Shown: piece by piece, positions 23,881 through 37,228 of the stretch
Layout of the letters: every line of letters begins with the position of its first letter
Position numbering within the stretch: the first letter of the stretch is position 1
From: Leptogorgia sarmentosa
Lineage: Eukaryota
DNA length: 64,000 nucleotides
NCBI GenBank assembly: GCA_964658305.1
Contig: OZ210885.1
Span: 3,348,001-3,412,000, forward strand
Direction: 5' to 3'
Position numbers and translations under genes: made by a program
Notes under the pieces: generated by a model
Told to the model about the DNA's origin: nothing
Databases searched by the model: none
Seen by the model: only the letters and a program-made list of their open reading frames with translations

Positions 23881-24059
23881 GCAAAGACACCAAAGCAAGT
23901 ATAACCCAAACATTGATGTGGGTATGACTTGACAGTGGAGTTATATAGCTTTACGGCCAAAACCATGAACCAATCAGAGCGCGGCTATAGCGTAACCAAA
24001 CACTGTTGGACCAATCAGAGCAGGTTGATTGATGCTCGATCGGTACCTATATTACTACT

Positions 24060-24400
24060 AAGACTTAAAAAACTTTTGTATTGGTCACGGCAACAAGTCC
24101 ATTCTTGGAATTGACAAACTTTTAATTTAGGAGCATGTTTTGTGACATTAACTGTTTTTAAAACACTAACTTATTGCAACATTCTACACAGCACCCTCCA
24201 ATAATGTTAGGGCCTGTCTTCCTTCATTGGGATGGAAGTTGTGAATCCTACCAACGTTTTTTCTCCAATTTAAGGACAAAACTTGATAGCAATATTAACA
24301 CAGAGGTTGTTGTCTTTGTGAACTTGTTATCAGTTCAGACAAAAGGCCATATTGACAGCCACCACTTCCATGCACCTCACCACTAGAGAGTGATTTCGTG
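24060..24400 (+). mobile_element. MULE-like transposase core fragment
   Basis: ILGIDKTFNLGACFVTLTVFK..PIMLGPVFLHWD..YQRFF. Confidence 0.6.
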
Positions 24401-24699
24401 ATTTCCATGACCATGGTGTATAACTGCCTCATACAAAACAAGAACAGCTACCGTCTATACCAATATGGTACCATCGTTTGCCAATCTTTCAATCATGCAC
24501 AAATATGCACATACGAGGTGTATACCATATTGATACACCTTTACATAACATTACAGCTATAGTAGGAACACTCGCACTTCACCAAGCACAGACTCGTATT
24601 TATAATATATTATGACAAATCTCTACGGCATAGGCGTGATTTTGTCTCTGGAACACATCTCCTTTCAGAACCTGGTAAGTTGCATCAACCAAATTTTGT

Positions 24700-25690
24700 G
24701 GCCATGCTAAGTCATCACTGCACAAAGTAGCGAATGCAGCAATTTTGAGAGGTCACATGGAAAAGAAGACTGAACCAATCGAAGTCTTATTGGATGAAAC
24801 GAAAAAGCAGAAAATTGAAGAGAAAAGGGGGACTTTACGACCCATCATTGAAGCTATTGTTCTCTGTGGAAGACAAAATATTTCATTGTGAAGGCATAGA
24901 GACGATTCTTCCAATTACTTGTCAACTGATGTCAACTGTGGTAATTTAATAGAGATCTTGAAGTACGGTGCATCGTGTGGTGGGAAGACCTCAGAAGAAT
25001 TTTCTAAAGTACTCCGAAGGACCTGACATACAAATGAAAGACTACACAGAATGAAATTATCGATATTTGTGGTGACCTTCTTTCAAAAAATATTCTCAAT
25101 GAGATTCATGAAGCAAGATTTTTCTCCATTCTTGCCAACGAAGCAGCAGATTGAAGCAATATCGAACAGCCGAGTGTTGTGATACCTTTTGTGGACAAGA
25201 TGCATTGCATCAGAGAAGACTTTCTTGGTTTCCTCCCATGCAAACAGGGTTTAACGGGCAAAGCTATTGGTAACAATTAAGGATTTGCTTCGTGAGCAGA
25301 ACCTTGCGATTGACAACTGTCGTGGTCAAGGATACGATAGTGCTGGTAATATGGCTGGAAAGCCATCTGGAGTAGCAACTAGAATTCAAGATGTTAACGA
25401 GAAAGCTTTTTATGTACACTGCAATTCCCACATTTTAAATCTTTACATTGCATTGTGTTGTAAAGAACAACTCGCGAGCAAAATGATCAAACATGTCTGT
25501 GTTGTCTTAAATTTTTCACCTTTTGACCAAAACGATTTGAGTTATCAGTCAAGACTATCGAAGAAATGTTACCTAAAGCAAGCCATAATCATCTGATAAA
25601 TGGTTGTAAAACCAGGTGGGTTGTGAGGATAGATGGTTTGTCTGTTTTCATCGAAGTTTTGTTGGCTATAATCAGATGCTTTGGAAACAA
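24700..25690 (+). mobile_element. hAT transposase pseudogene (THAP12/DUF4371-like)
   Basis: LCGRQNISL.RHRD, QNEIIDIC, FFSILANE, IREDFLGF, CRGQGYDSAGNM, YVHCNSHILNL, CKTRW. Confidence 0.85.
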
Positions 25691-26109
25691 TTCGCGACAA
25701 CATCGACACTCTGCTAGAGCCCGAAACTCTGCAAACAGCAGGTCAGAAACGGGAGCAAATATGTGCTAAACAAGCCAAGCAAGAGGTAAAATGCTTGCCT
25801 TATAAAATACTTTGGCCAATGTATATTATTGTACAAAAGTACAGGACAGGTAAAAATAATATGAAGGCAGAAGACCGCTCAATGATTCAGATGCAAGCCA
25901 CGTCCTGCAGCCCGCGTGCTAACACGTTTTACGTTGTGCTTTTAGAACACTTTCTGCCAGTCATCGATCAATTTATTACATCTCTCGCCCCACGCCTACC
26001 ACGAAATCGGTCAAACGGACTGGGACCTGGGCCAGATTTAACAAATGAAATTTTTTTAAGGATAGCATAGAGCCCCCCACGCAATTGGAACAAAGCTGCA
26101 TAAAACAGG

Positions 26110-26305
26110 ACCTGGGCTTCCAGACAACATCATTGCTTTGATCAAGCCCATTTATGCAAGACTGAGTAGTGATGAGTTACTGAAAAAGTGTTTAGATGGA
26201 AAGACACAAAATCAGAACGAATCACTAAATGGAATGATATGGAACAAGTGTCCTAAAGGTATCTTTGTTGGAGGTGATGTCCTGGAGTTTGGGGTGTATG
26301 CTGTG
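26110..26305 (+). mobile_element. Kolobok-type transposase C-terminal fragment
   Basis: IKPIYARLSSDELLKKCLDGKTQNQNESLNGMIWNKCPK; followed by a Tc1-type MITE end (..GGTTCCACTG|TA ~26346). Confidence 0.7.
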
Positions 26306-26924
26306 GCTCAGGTCCCGAAGGTGTCCGCTTACGGGAGGTTCCACTGTATATATAGATTTTACATTCTCATGTATAAAACAGGTAATGTTTACTTAATATA
26401 TATTGTAATTTATGTTGCAATTATGCTCAACCCGAAAAGTATCTCTGGATGTATAAAAAGAAGCCATCTTGTAAGTTTAAGGTAGTAATGATTAGAAGTC
26501 TTTTATGATAGCAATAAAACATCTTAGAATCCTACAAAACACTCCATATTTTTAATCGACAAGTACAATTCTGTCATTAGTACATTGATTTAGTGTTGTT
26601 TTTTAACACTTTCTAAAATTTCAAAAATTAAATGTTGAAGTTCTGTCCGACAAGTGCCAGCAGTGTCTCAAATGGAGCAAGAAACAGAATGATCCCAAGT
26701 ATGAACTAGGAATCCAAGAACAAGATCCTTGGATTAATTTTTCTTGCTCTGATAGCATAGCATGTCTGGTATAATTCCACCTGATAACATTCGGTCTCGC
26801 TTTTAATCGATTTAAAAGACTTGTGGCCCATCTTCGTCGGAGGTAAATTTTTCACAATGTCAAGTGGCGGACTCAGGGTGGTTGCTTCCTTTTTTTCAGC
26901 GTAACGGCCTGACCTAACCTAACA

Positions 26925-27125
26925 ATGCAGATTCTGTAACTATGTGGTCTAATGAAAACAGAAAGCAACTAAATCAAGACAACTGGAAGGAACTGAGGAT
27001 CTCGTTTACTGCTTAGCCGAGATCCTTTGACCCAATATTAATCAATGGGAAAGAGTTGGAAGTTGTCATGAGTTTTAAACTTTTGGGTCTGACTATCAAC
27101 AATAATTTAACATGGAACCATCGTG
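26925..27125 (+). mobile_element. CR1/L2-type LINE RT fragment
   Basis: WSNEN..LN..KELRISF..INGKELEVV..FKLLGLTINNNLTWNH read by eye. Confidence 0.7.
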
Positions 27126-27169
27126 CAGATGACGTCCTTAGTTCCACTTGGAAACCCATCACTGATAAG

Positions 27170-27600
27170 GAAGTGGTGTTCCTCCTTCAGGTGCTACCCA
27201 GGATTTATTAACGAGCCATTGACATCCCCTTTTCACATGGTAGCCGAATCAGATATCAAGATTCATCTATTTGGTAATAGATGCAATCTCTATCCTCAAA
27301 CAAACCATTTTGACTTCACAAAAAGAGCTCCAGAATATTCAACAACAAGAAAGATTAAACCTAGCAAAATAACTGTCATCCACAGATGCAATTGGGTTTT
27401 TACGCACAACAAAGAATTTGTTTAGCAACAGCCAAGGAACAACCATATTTATTCGAACAATTGAAGAACTGTTTGACATGTTGAATTCTCGAAACTCAAT
27501 AGGGAAAGCTTTCAAAAAACCACTAAAACCATGCAACAAAGAAAAAGGGCATGCATCCTTTTTATCAAAAGCAGAGTACCTCTTGAAATTTATACAGCTC
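27170..27600 (+). mobile_element. P-element (THAP9-like) transposase fragment
   Basis: EFSNSQGTTIFIRTIEELFDMLNSRNSIGKAFKKPL. Confidence 0.75.
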
Positions 27601-28081
27601 AATGCATTGTTTAGCACTCCCAAAAACGAAAAAAAGTGTGCTCAAAGTAATAGAAAACATTAATACTTCAGTACTAAATCAGTTGTTTTTAAAGTTCGGT
27701 ATTTCATACATTTGAAATTTGATCATTTATTTGAATCACCAAATCTCTAAAAGAATATCACGAGTAAAATCACACCAGCAAAGAAGTCTAGGAGCACAAA
27801 CATATATTTTTAGCAAATCTGTAAAAAGGTCTTGGAATAATATATTTAACAAACATATTTTCAACAAGTTTGTAAAACAGATCTACAATTTTGGAATAGC
27901 ATATTTAACAAACATATTTTCAACATGTACAAAAGACAATTTTGTTTGTAAAACATTTATACAAAAATTGTTTAAAATAAATTCTAATACGTGTCTAAAG
28001 GATACGTAATTCAATGTGTCTAGACTTAGATACATATATCAATACGTGTCTAGACTTGAATACTTATCTCAAATAATATAA

Positions 28082-29361
28082 TTTTGTATGCAACATGCAA
28101 TTCAGTGAAAAGGTTATTATGGAGAGATATGTATTGTGGCTTGCACTGGATGAAATCGATCCAATGTAGCTACCACATCCATAATTAAAGCCTAGTTTCC
28201 ATATAGTCATGAACTTTTATAGAGACCTAATATTGGGCTATCAGTTTGAATTATGGATAGAGAGAATGAATGCACATGTTGTCATGAAATTGTACAAGTC
28301 GCGTCTAAAAATGAAGAGGTTTTTGCACACATGAAGTCAGACCACCGGTACAGTTCTATAACAGATAGCTAACGCTTCCATTCAGTCTGTTTAGATCTAT
28401 ATGTGCTTCAAGCTGCTTGGTTTGGTTGCAAGCAGGAATATGGAAGTCGCGCATACGAAGGTCCTGAACACAAATAAGAATAGTGCAAAGTTTCTACGAA
28501 GATATCGAGCTAAAGCTGATGTCGCTTGGTGGCCTGTTGTGATACGAATTGCCGTTAAAAATGTAACATCAGCTGAAAGAAAATCTTGATGAAATATAAT
28601 AAAAATTTAAAAGATTTTATAGCAAAAAAAGGAAATCTGCACCATCAAAATTTCGCGTGCTACACATTTTGTTGAATCTCTGACCTTACGTTATCATAAT
28701 AAAACAGAGTGTCACAATGAACGGGCGATTATACAGTACTCAACAAATGTATAACCTATAGGCTACCTCTGCATAGTAATAGAAATTCAGTCTATTCACA
28801 ATTTTAGGCCAACGTTAAATTTACTTTTGTTCGCCTACATATATAGTTTTATTTTACTGCTGCGAAATTGAAGAATCCCTGAGTCGCCACTAATCATGTA
28901 AATAATCTACGCAAGCAACACAAGCTTACTACTGAAGCTGTCGACTATTTTCTATCACTATGATCATGAATCATGTCGTCTATTTAGTCGAGTAAAATAG
29001 ATTACCAGAGAAAAGCGAGCAACTAGCTGAATTTCATTGTATTAAGAAAATAAGGAATGAGCATCCTAAATCTGGTAAAATTGTGAAGTTTGGTTACAAA
29101 ACGTTGTAAAATGTGTAAATCACTGTGCTCACTGTGTTCTCTTGAAAATGCCGTCTGAAAGAGGAAAGTTCCAAATCTTACATCAGTAAAATGGTAATAA
29201 GTATATGTATAAAATAAACTATGGTAACTATGGTAAATTATTTTTTTACTTTCGGGGAATATTTTTATAACCGCTACGCCGCGACTATGGTGAGAGAACA
29301 AATGGAAACAAACATGTTCAAATAAATGCGTGAAGCGAATATATCGACCATTATATATCAA
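28082..29361 (+). repeat. Dispersed duplication copy A, containing a decayed P2X7-ballast-like Cys-rich ORF (28250-28475)
   Basis: Highly similar to 33497-34700; reads ECTCCHEI..SITD..FHSVCLDLYVLQAAW. Confidence 0.8.
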
Positions 29362-30174
29362 TCATTTAAACTAAATAAGGTTTCAAATGATGGTTTTCTT
29401 GTTGTGACAAGTTTACTGTGTTACTGCATTAAGTGTACCCTCAAGGCAAAGACGGCAAACTAAAAAATGTATGCAGATTTATAATATCCACAGCAGCAGT
29501 TGATAGTATGGGCTATGGCTATTTTTGTTCATGACAACCCATACTTTGTGCGATATTAGCATAAACATTTAATTAGCATATTTAATATTCATAGTTTGTT
29601 GTATAAAAGCGTGGGCTGCAACTAACCACACTGGTTGTGCATTAGTATTTTTTTGTAATAAAAACTTATATGTTTTACACATGTGTGGTCTGGGATTCTA
29701 CCGCTCGTTACATACTTGTTTTCTAGATTCATCGCAGATATTCAAGTAACATTTTAACCACATTAGTGATTCAATGTCGCACTCCTTAGCATCCGCCATG
29801 TTGTATTACGCAAATATTTCATCCCACAAACACGTGCTGAGTTGCAATTTTCGCAAAAATCCAAATCCCGGAGGGGCTTTGCAGCATTGTGTACTATAAC
29901 TTGAGGCATGAGGCATTCACATAACTGATGTGAATTTTCCCCACTCATCACAATACTGCAAAGTTTCTTTGAAACTAATTAATATAATCGAGACAGGCAA
30001 TCCGGAGATAAGAGACATTGTGTTGAGGAAACAATGATGGAGTCAGATACAGAAATAACAAGCTTCGTAGAAAAAGTTGAAAAAGCAGAAGAATACTGCA
30101 AAATACAATAAAGAAAAGAAACTTTGAAAATAAAACTTTCTTTATTCACAGAAACTTTGCACTAAAAATGGAAG

Positions 30175-31120
30175 GTAAACCATCAGTGCAAAATCAACCA
30201 TATGGGAGTTCTGGCAGCATGGAGACCACTGGTACATTGAAGATCTTCGAAAGGTCTCGTGCTACAAATGAGCTAAAGTATAAAGATGTGCTTGGAGATG
30301 GTGATTCTTCTACTTATAGTATTATACTAGAAAGCAAACCATCAAAGGGATATCTGGCAAAGGTCGGCTAACAACTAGAGAAATGGATGTTTTGCAAAAT
30401 TATTATGGTTTGGCTATAAGAGAAAACCTTGATTGTGTTAAAGAAATGGCTAAGTCGGTAAATGTAATGTTTGTGAAAAATATTTATTTAACATTCCATA
30501 GTGACTAGCATAGTGTAATTTGTTTCTCCCTAAACTCAACAACTCCCACCGGTCCTTGTTCACGTGTCTATGACGTAATGTCAACATTGCAGTAAAGGCC
30601 TCTCTTCTCCATGTTGCTTCAATGGAAGATAACTTGCAGCATCATCTTTGCCCAAAAGGAAAGGACAGTTTGTGTGGCTACCAAAGAGATCCTGAATCAT
30701 ACAAGCATAAGAATGGTCTTCCAAAGCCCATCGTTGAGTTGATTGAATTTATATATGCTGATTTAACTGACCCAGCACTGTTGAAGAAGTGCACCCATGC
30801 CTTTACACAGAATCAAAATAGCTCTTGCCACTTACTTAGCAGTATAAAAAGAAACATACTCCAAGAATAAAGGGTCCATTTTGAACTCAATATTCGAGAA
30901 AAAGCAAGAGGAAACAATTATAGTGGTGACATTTTGAATTTTTTACAAATTCATCATCAGACTAATTCATTGTTAGTCTTGAAGTTTAATGATGGGGATA
31001 TATCATATCTGAAAATTCTCGAAAATTTGAATATTATACCTGGGTTCTTCTTAGGAAGACGTTTCTTGATGAAGTTTAGGACAAGGAAAGGGTAACCTAT
31101 GAAGCAGGTAGCTTCTGAAT
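30175..31120 (+). mobile_element. Third Kolobok-type transposase fragment
   Basis: GSSGSME, LGDGDSSTY, LQNYYGLAIR, HHLCPKGKDSLCGYQ, LLKKCTHAFTQNQN. Confidence 0.75.
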
Positions 31121-32239
31121 CATTATGTTGTCAGAAAAACATAAACAAAAACTTTAGATTGGATTTTCTCATATTCAGAATTTGACATGTGTATGTGATC
31201 TTTGTGACACTGTAATCTTGTAACTATTTATTGCAGAGGGTTGATATTTGACATACATACTCACTTTAACTTCCTCTATTATGTGACACTCTTGAATTCT
31301 TAGAAGCAAAATGGTTACAAGATGATACAATGATTTACTAAGTTTTTCCGTTAAAAAGGAAAAATTATAAATTGTTTAAAGTGCCTATCACCCAATCTTT
31401 TTTATTTGATCAATGAAAAGTACAACCTTCGAATAGTGGGAACATACACAAAGATATTTCATTTTGCGCTGTTTTTCGTTGTCCCTCGAAACAGCTGAAT
31501 AGCACATATTTTCCTCACCAGTTACATTTTGGCCATGCGAAGCTACTTGCTGGCAGATTGGGGCGAGTGACGAGGTAGGAGTAACTCCAACTCACAACAA
31601 TTTACAAATTCTATTTGCATAAACACTGTGGTAGTGTTGTGCTGTTGAGATTATTTTGCCTTTTGCAAAAAAAAAAGCCTAATAGATGTTTACTGGAACA
31701 TAGTATATACATATATCACCATATTGAATAACATCTTCATAGTTATATTAACTTTGTTTATCAAAACATCCAACATTGTCTATTTTGGTATTCAGGACGA
31801 TGCCATAAATGTGGCCCGCAAGGCCATTATGCAAAATCTTGTCGATCAAGTACGTGTACAATACAATGCCATATTGATATCAATAATCTCAATGATATAT
31901 TATATACATTTTCATATATATCTAGTTTATTTGTAATGGGTAGGGCGTTAATTTTCCTCGTACCAAAACATAATTTCAAAGTTATGCAGAAAGTGTATGT
32001 CGCATTAAAATTTGTACAAAGCTTTGAGCATGCGTATTATTACATCACAAAACTTTTTACCTATATATACTTGTATGTATCTAGGGTTTTGCATTTTTGA
32101 GCACGTATCCAAGATGGATATCAATCAAGTTAGGAAGATGCGTGCTGAAAAGCAACAGGAATTTAGAAAAAAAGAAAAAAGCTAGAAGAGAACGAGCGAA
32201 TATAACCAAGACTTAATTCTAAATCCTTTGATCTACAGA

Positions 32240-32795
32240 ATTTCTAAGTCAGGTATTCCTTCTGCAAACCTTCTCACTGAAGACATTGCGTTAATACGCT
32301 CAATCCTTGCATACTCCTGTGAAGTTTGGCACAACTCTATCTCATGCTATTTATTTGACAAACTTGAAAAAATCCAAAAGTGAGCCTTGCATATTGTATA
32401 CCCTGAACAAACTTACAAAGATGCATTGCTGTCGGCTGGTATCACAAAATTGGAGACTAGATGTGAAGATCTATGTTTGAATTCACTTACAAAGATAACC
32501 AGAGGTGGTCTGCTTACACAACACGTGACACAGACTAGATCGAATGAGCATAATTATTTTATTAGACCATTAAATAAGTTATTAACTTATAAATGTCGAA
32601 CCGATCGGTTTAAAAATAGCTTTTTCCCAAATACAATTAATATTGCTAATAGTAAATAGTGACTGGTGAGACTTGATTTTAACTTTGTTCTAACAACCAT
32701 TGTAAATAATCTTATATTATTATAGTATTTTAATGGAAGCACTTTGTACTTCACTTTATGTGCGAATTTGTGCCATTAAACATCATCTTATCTTA
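32240..32795 (+). mobile_element. CR1/L2 LINE 3' end
   Basis: IRSILAYSCEVWH..LEKIQK.AL..CRTDRFKNSFFP; ATTAAA and a CTTAT repeat tail. Confidence 0.8.
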
Positions 32796-32799
32796 TAAC

Positions 32800-33180
32800 A
32801 GCCAAAACAACCATGACAAGAGGCACCACCATGGCCCACAATTGAAAATATTCCAAAGCCTTTCCCCCTCTACCAGGTTTCTTTGTTTTATATTTATTAA
32901 AGTTTTGCGATGCAAGAGTTTCTAAATGTTATGGTTGTGGACATCCCATCAAAGTCAGTGGTCTTACTAATATTCCACCAAGCAATTTGTTGATTGTAGC
33001 CAAGCTTTGTCAGGAATACAGGGCAAGCACAAGTAAGCGATGCTTTCACCAATGTCTACTTCCATGCGAACTTACAGTGTATAGACAAGAAGATACCAAA
33101 CTTCTTACCAAGCTGTACAGATTCCACAACATATTCTCTCACATTTGCGTTGATATTTGGTCAGACTTGACATATATTTA
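32800..33180 (+). mobile_element. C-terminal Cys/His domain fragment resembling that of the 60-61 kb SWIM-type element
   Basis: RVSKCYGC..NVYFHANLQCI parallels RIRKCAGC..NKHFHVATNCI in ORF 60008-60904. Confidence 0.5.
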
Positions 33181-33496
33181 TTGATATCGAGTTATAAACA
33201 TGTAAAAGTATTGACATTATTTTGTATTGTTTCTTTGGAACAAATAAAAGTACTATTCGTCTTTTAAAAATAATAGTCATTCAGAAAAGTTCTCATGGAG
33301 CCCCTAAAATAGGATTTCACTTCAGTTATCACTTGAGATCGGTGCGTGGGTGAATATAATAAAAATTTCCAAAAACGTTACAGAAACGTTACTATGCCTT
33401 TATCTTTTTACTCAGCAGCTGGCTTGCCAGCTTTGGCAGTGCAAAAAATGGTATTTCAATACTTGAAAAGCAATCGATATGAAGTCTCCTTGTTAA

Positions 33497-34700
33497 TTTT
33501 GCATGCAACATGCAATTCAATGAAAAGGTTATTATGGAGAGATATGTATTGTGGCTTGCACTGGATGAAATCGATCCAATGTAGCTACCACATTCATAAT
33601 TAAAGCCTAGTTTCCATATAGTCATGAACTTTTATATAGAGACCTAATACTGGGCTATCAGTTTGAATTATGGGATAGAAAGAATGAATGCACATATTGT
33701 CATGGAATTGTACAAGTCGCATCTAAAAATGAAGAGGTTTTCGCACACATGAAGTCAGACCACCGGTACAGTTCTATAACAGATAGCTAACGCTTCCATT
33801 CAGTCTGTTTAGATCTATGGGTGCTTCAAGCTGCTTGGTTTGGTTACAAGCAGGAATATGGAAGTCACGCATACGAAGGTCCTGAACACAAATAAGAATA
33901 GTGCAAAGTTTCTACGAAGATATCGAGCTAAAGCTGATGTCGCTTGGTGGCCTGTTGTGATACGAATTGCCGTTAAAAATGTAACATCAGCTGAAAGAAA
34001 ATCTTGATGAAATATAATAAAAATTTAAAAGATTTTATAGCAAAAAAAGGAAATCTGCACCTTCAAAATTTCGCGTGCTACACATTTTGTTGAATCTCTG
34101 ACCTTACGTTATAATAATAAAACGGAGTGTCACAAGGAACGGGTGATTATACAGTACTCAACAAATGTATAACCTATAGGCTACCTCTGCATAGTAATAG
34201 AAATTCGGTCTATTCACAATTTTAGGCCAACGTTAAATTTACTTTTGTTTGCCTACATAAATAGTTTTATTTTGCTGCTGCGAAATTGAAGAATCCCTGA
34301 GTCGCCACTAATCATGTAAATAATCTACGCAAGCAACACAAGGTTACTACTGAAGCTGTCGACTATTTTCTATCAGTATGATCATGAATGATGTCGTCTA
34401 TTTAGTCGAGTAAAATAGATTACAAGGGAAAAGCGAGCAACTAGCTGAATTTCATTGTATTAAGAAAATAAGTTAGCACAGCTGGAGTGAGCATCCTAAA
34501 TCTGGTAAAATTGTGAAGTTTGGTTACAAAACGTTGTAAAACGTGTAAATGACTGTGTACACTGTGTTTTCTTGATTCTAAACGCCGTCTGAAACAGGAA
34601 AGGTCCAAATCTTACATCAGTAAAATGGTGAGAGAACAAATGGAAACAAACATGTTCAAATAAATGCGTGAAGCGAATATATCGACCAATTATATATCAA
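33497..34700 (+). repeat. Dispersed duplication copy B
   Basis: Matches 28082-29361 with scattered substitutions; lacks ~90 nt present in copy A (~29195-29287) and has ~18 extra nt near 34472. Confidence 0.85.
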
Positions 34701-35439
34701 CCGTCGACAAACAGAGAAAATGACAATATTTCGGTTTATTTTGAAAAGTATATAAGAGTTGGAAAAGCCCCTAGGAAACGTGCGGTTGAACAACTCTTGG
34801 AAGGAAAAGAGCATCTGTTTCCAAATTGAAGCTGGAAAAACATCAAAGATTTGTGTGAGGAACTCTTATTATAATAGTGTTAATAGCATCCCCTTCTTTG
34901 AAACTACTTTAATGGATGAGATAGTAGAACCCAGTGTGACAGATATTTTATTTCACTAGCCCCATGTCATTCAAATCCATACGGCAATCTGACTTTGACA
35001 TCACCACAGGACTGGCCACGTATGTTGCTGCATTAAATGCGCGAAAAGATTGGAAAGCAGACAGAATCCCTGTCCAATCTTGTTTTTAATAGATGATAAG
35101 ATCCCTGTTAAATCCTGTTTTCAATAGACGATAAAGTAACAAGTTTTGATGTATGTAAAACCTCTCATTTTTCCACGATGAAAGTGGATGGTAACTGCTG
35201 TAACATCAAATCCCTCTCACGATATTTCACATTTTTTTGAAAATAATTAATGTTCCGTTGTTTTAAAAGCATCAGAGCAGTAATAAGTTGTAAGGATCTG
35301 CAAGAATAGGGAAAAATTAATTTTGTTTTTGTTTGTGTGGCATTTCCACATTCGTCATTAACAATGCGAGTCAATATGGCTCTTGTTGTAATGTTGTAAT
35401 GGTGATGTGGTGCAAACGCATCCAAATTGTTTTCATATC

Positions 35440-35635
35440 CACACTTTGACATCATTCTATGTCACAAGACAAGGCTAACAAAAAATCAACAAAGAAGATA
35501 ATCAAGGACGACCCATAATCTCAGGTTGTGGAGGACAAATGGTTAAGCTATCTCAATATGCTGACCACCTCCTCAAACCATTTTTCAACCACATTCCATC
35601 TTATGTACAAGACACAACAGTGTTTTTGACATAAA
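35440..35635 (+). mobile_element. Penelope-like RT fragment
   Basis: GRPIISGCG..LSQYADHLLKP..IPSYVQDT. Confidence 0.7.
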
Positions 35636-35680
35636 GAACAAAGCAGCCTATAACCTTATAATTCACGCTTAATAATACTA

Positions 35681-37228
35681 CACCCTGTTAATAACTATTA
35701 TGCAAATGAGAAAATGATCGATATCTTCATTAGCATTGATGCCATCAAAATAAAAAAACAACAACATGGGCTTTACATAATAGTTTATGTTTATGCTAAG
35801 TGCAATGGAGCAAGAACAGTTGACTTCAAAGTTATTGAATTGCTTATAATTATTATGCAACCCTTATAAATACGAGAAAAATCTTACTCATTCTGTTATA
35901 ATTTACCAATGTGGGACGTAAAATCGATCTAAAACCTGAGGAGAAGCAAAAAATAGTAGAATTGTTAAGTCACAGCAAAACCAGCAAAACCAGTTTGGAT
36001 ATTTCATCAGGACCATAGCACAATCAAGATTTTATTTTATTTTACAAGATTTATTGAAAACAGTAACAAAGTGAGGGGAAGGTTCATTGAAGAAAACTTT
36101 ATCAAAAAATCCTCATTCAACAAGTGCCAAGATATTTCATGAAGCTGGAGTCCCATCAAGATCCAGAGCTGGACGGTGCAAGATCTTAAGGAGCATTGGA
36201 AAAGTTGCAAAACCAACAATTAAACCAGCTTTGAAGGAAAGACGCTTGGACTGGGCTAAGTCATGCATGAAAACAAATTTCGAAAATGTTTTGTTCACTG
36301 ACAAGTCTCGGGCAACTCTGGATGGACCAGATGGTTGAATGAGTGGCTGGCTACTCCATGGTACAACTCCACAGAGCAAGATCAGGTGGGAACAAGGTGG
36401 GGGAGGTGTCATGATTTGGGCTGGGATCATTAATAATCGTATTGTAGGCCCGTTTCATGTGCCTGATGGCGTTAAAATGCGTGCTGAATCGTATGTCAAC
36501 TTCTTAAAAGCAAATTTCCTTCCATGGTACAAGAAGCAACCACTAGCACTAAAGAGGAAGATGATCTTTATGCATGATAATGCCCCTTCCCACGCAGCTC
36601 GTTACACACAAGAAGCGATAGCAAAATTTGGGTTTAAAGAAGCTTGTTTGATGGTGTGGCCAGCATGTTCACCCGATTTCAATCCCATTGAGAACTTCTG
36701 GTCATTACTGGAGCACAAAGTGTATGAAGATGGCGAGCAATACTCATCTAAGAATTTTCTTTGGGATGCAATTCAAAGCTGCGCAGCAGCCATAGAGAAA
36801 GACACCATCAAAACCTTAACAGATTCAATGAACAATAGACTTTTTAAAGTGATTGGTGCAAAAGGGGGTTACGTTCATTACTGAGCATTAGAACCAGTGT
36901 AAGAGTAAGATTTAATTTTAATTGACTGTGTTGTCTGGATTTTTAGTTCATCTGTGGTAACCTCTCCACGCTGTATATGTTCTTAAGGTTTACATAAGAT
37001 AATCAACAGATTTTCATATTTGTTGCATAATAATTACTTACGCAAATTTTGAGTGTAAAAGGAAAAACACTAAATAAAATTAAAATTGTGTTGTCGATTA
37101 ATTTCAAAATTGCTGAAAATATCAAAACTTCCATAAAGTTTATCTTGTGTTAGCCTCATTGTCATATCTTCAATACTTTTTGAGATATCGCAAATATTCA
37201 CATTTGCATAATAATAATTAACAGGGTG
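35681..37228 (+). mobile_element. Tc1-family DD37E (TRT-like) transposon with both ends, inactivated
   Basis: TA|CACCCTGTTAAT..TTAACAGGGTG|TA ends, inner repeats near 35845 and 37025; FTDKSR.TLDGPDG, HDNAPSH, 37 residues to PIEN. Confidence 0.9.

Larger units (their letters stand above)
15870..24059. mobile_element. Polinton/Maverick (adintovirus-like) endogenous element, partial and internally deleted, one terminus retained
   Basis: polB on +; protease, major capsid, small basic protein, minor capsid, integrase and GRF-finger ORF on -; ends in ACTACT at 24054-24059; no packaging ATPase recognised. Confidence 0.9.

Noticed and set aside
27840..28075. Short spaced repeats as a distinct system
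   Set aside because: Two to three imperfect copies, typical of transposon subterminal sequence; no further support
28082..34700. LTR retrotransposon bounded by the two direct repeats
   Set aside because: No TG..CA ends, PBS, PPT or gag-pol between them; the repeats contain a decayed ORF
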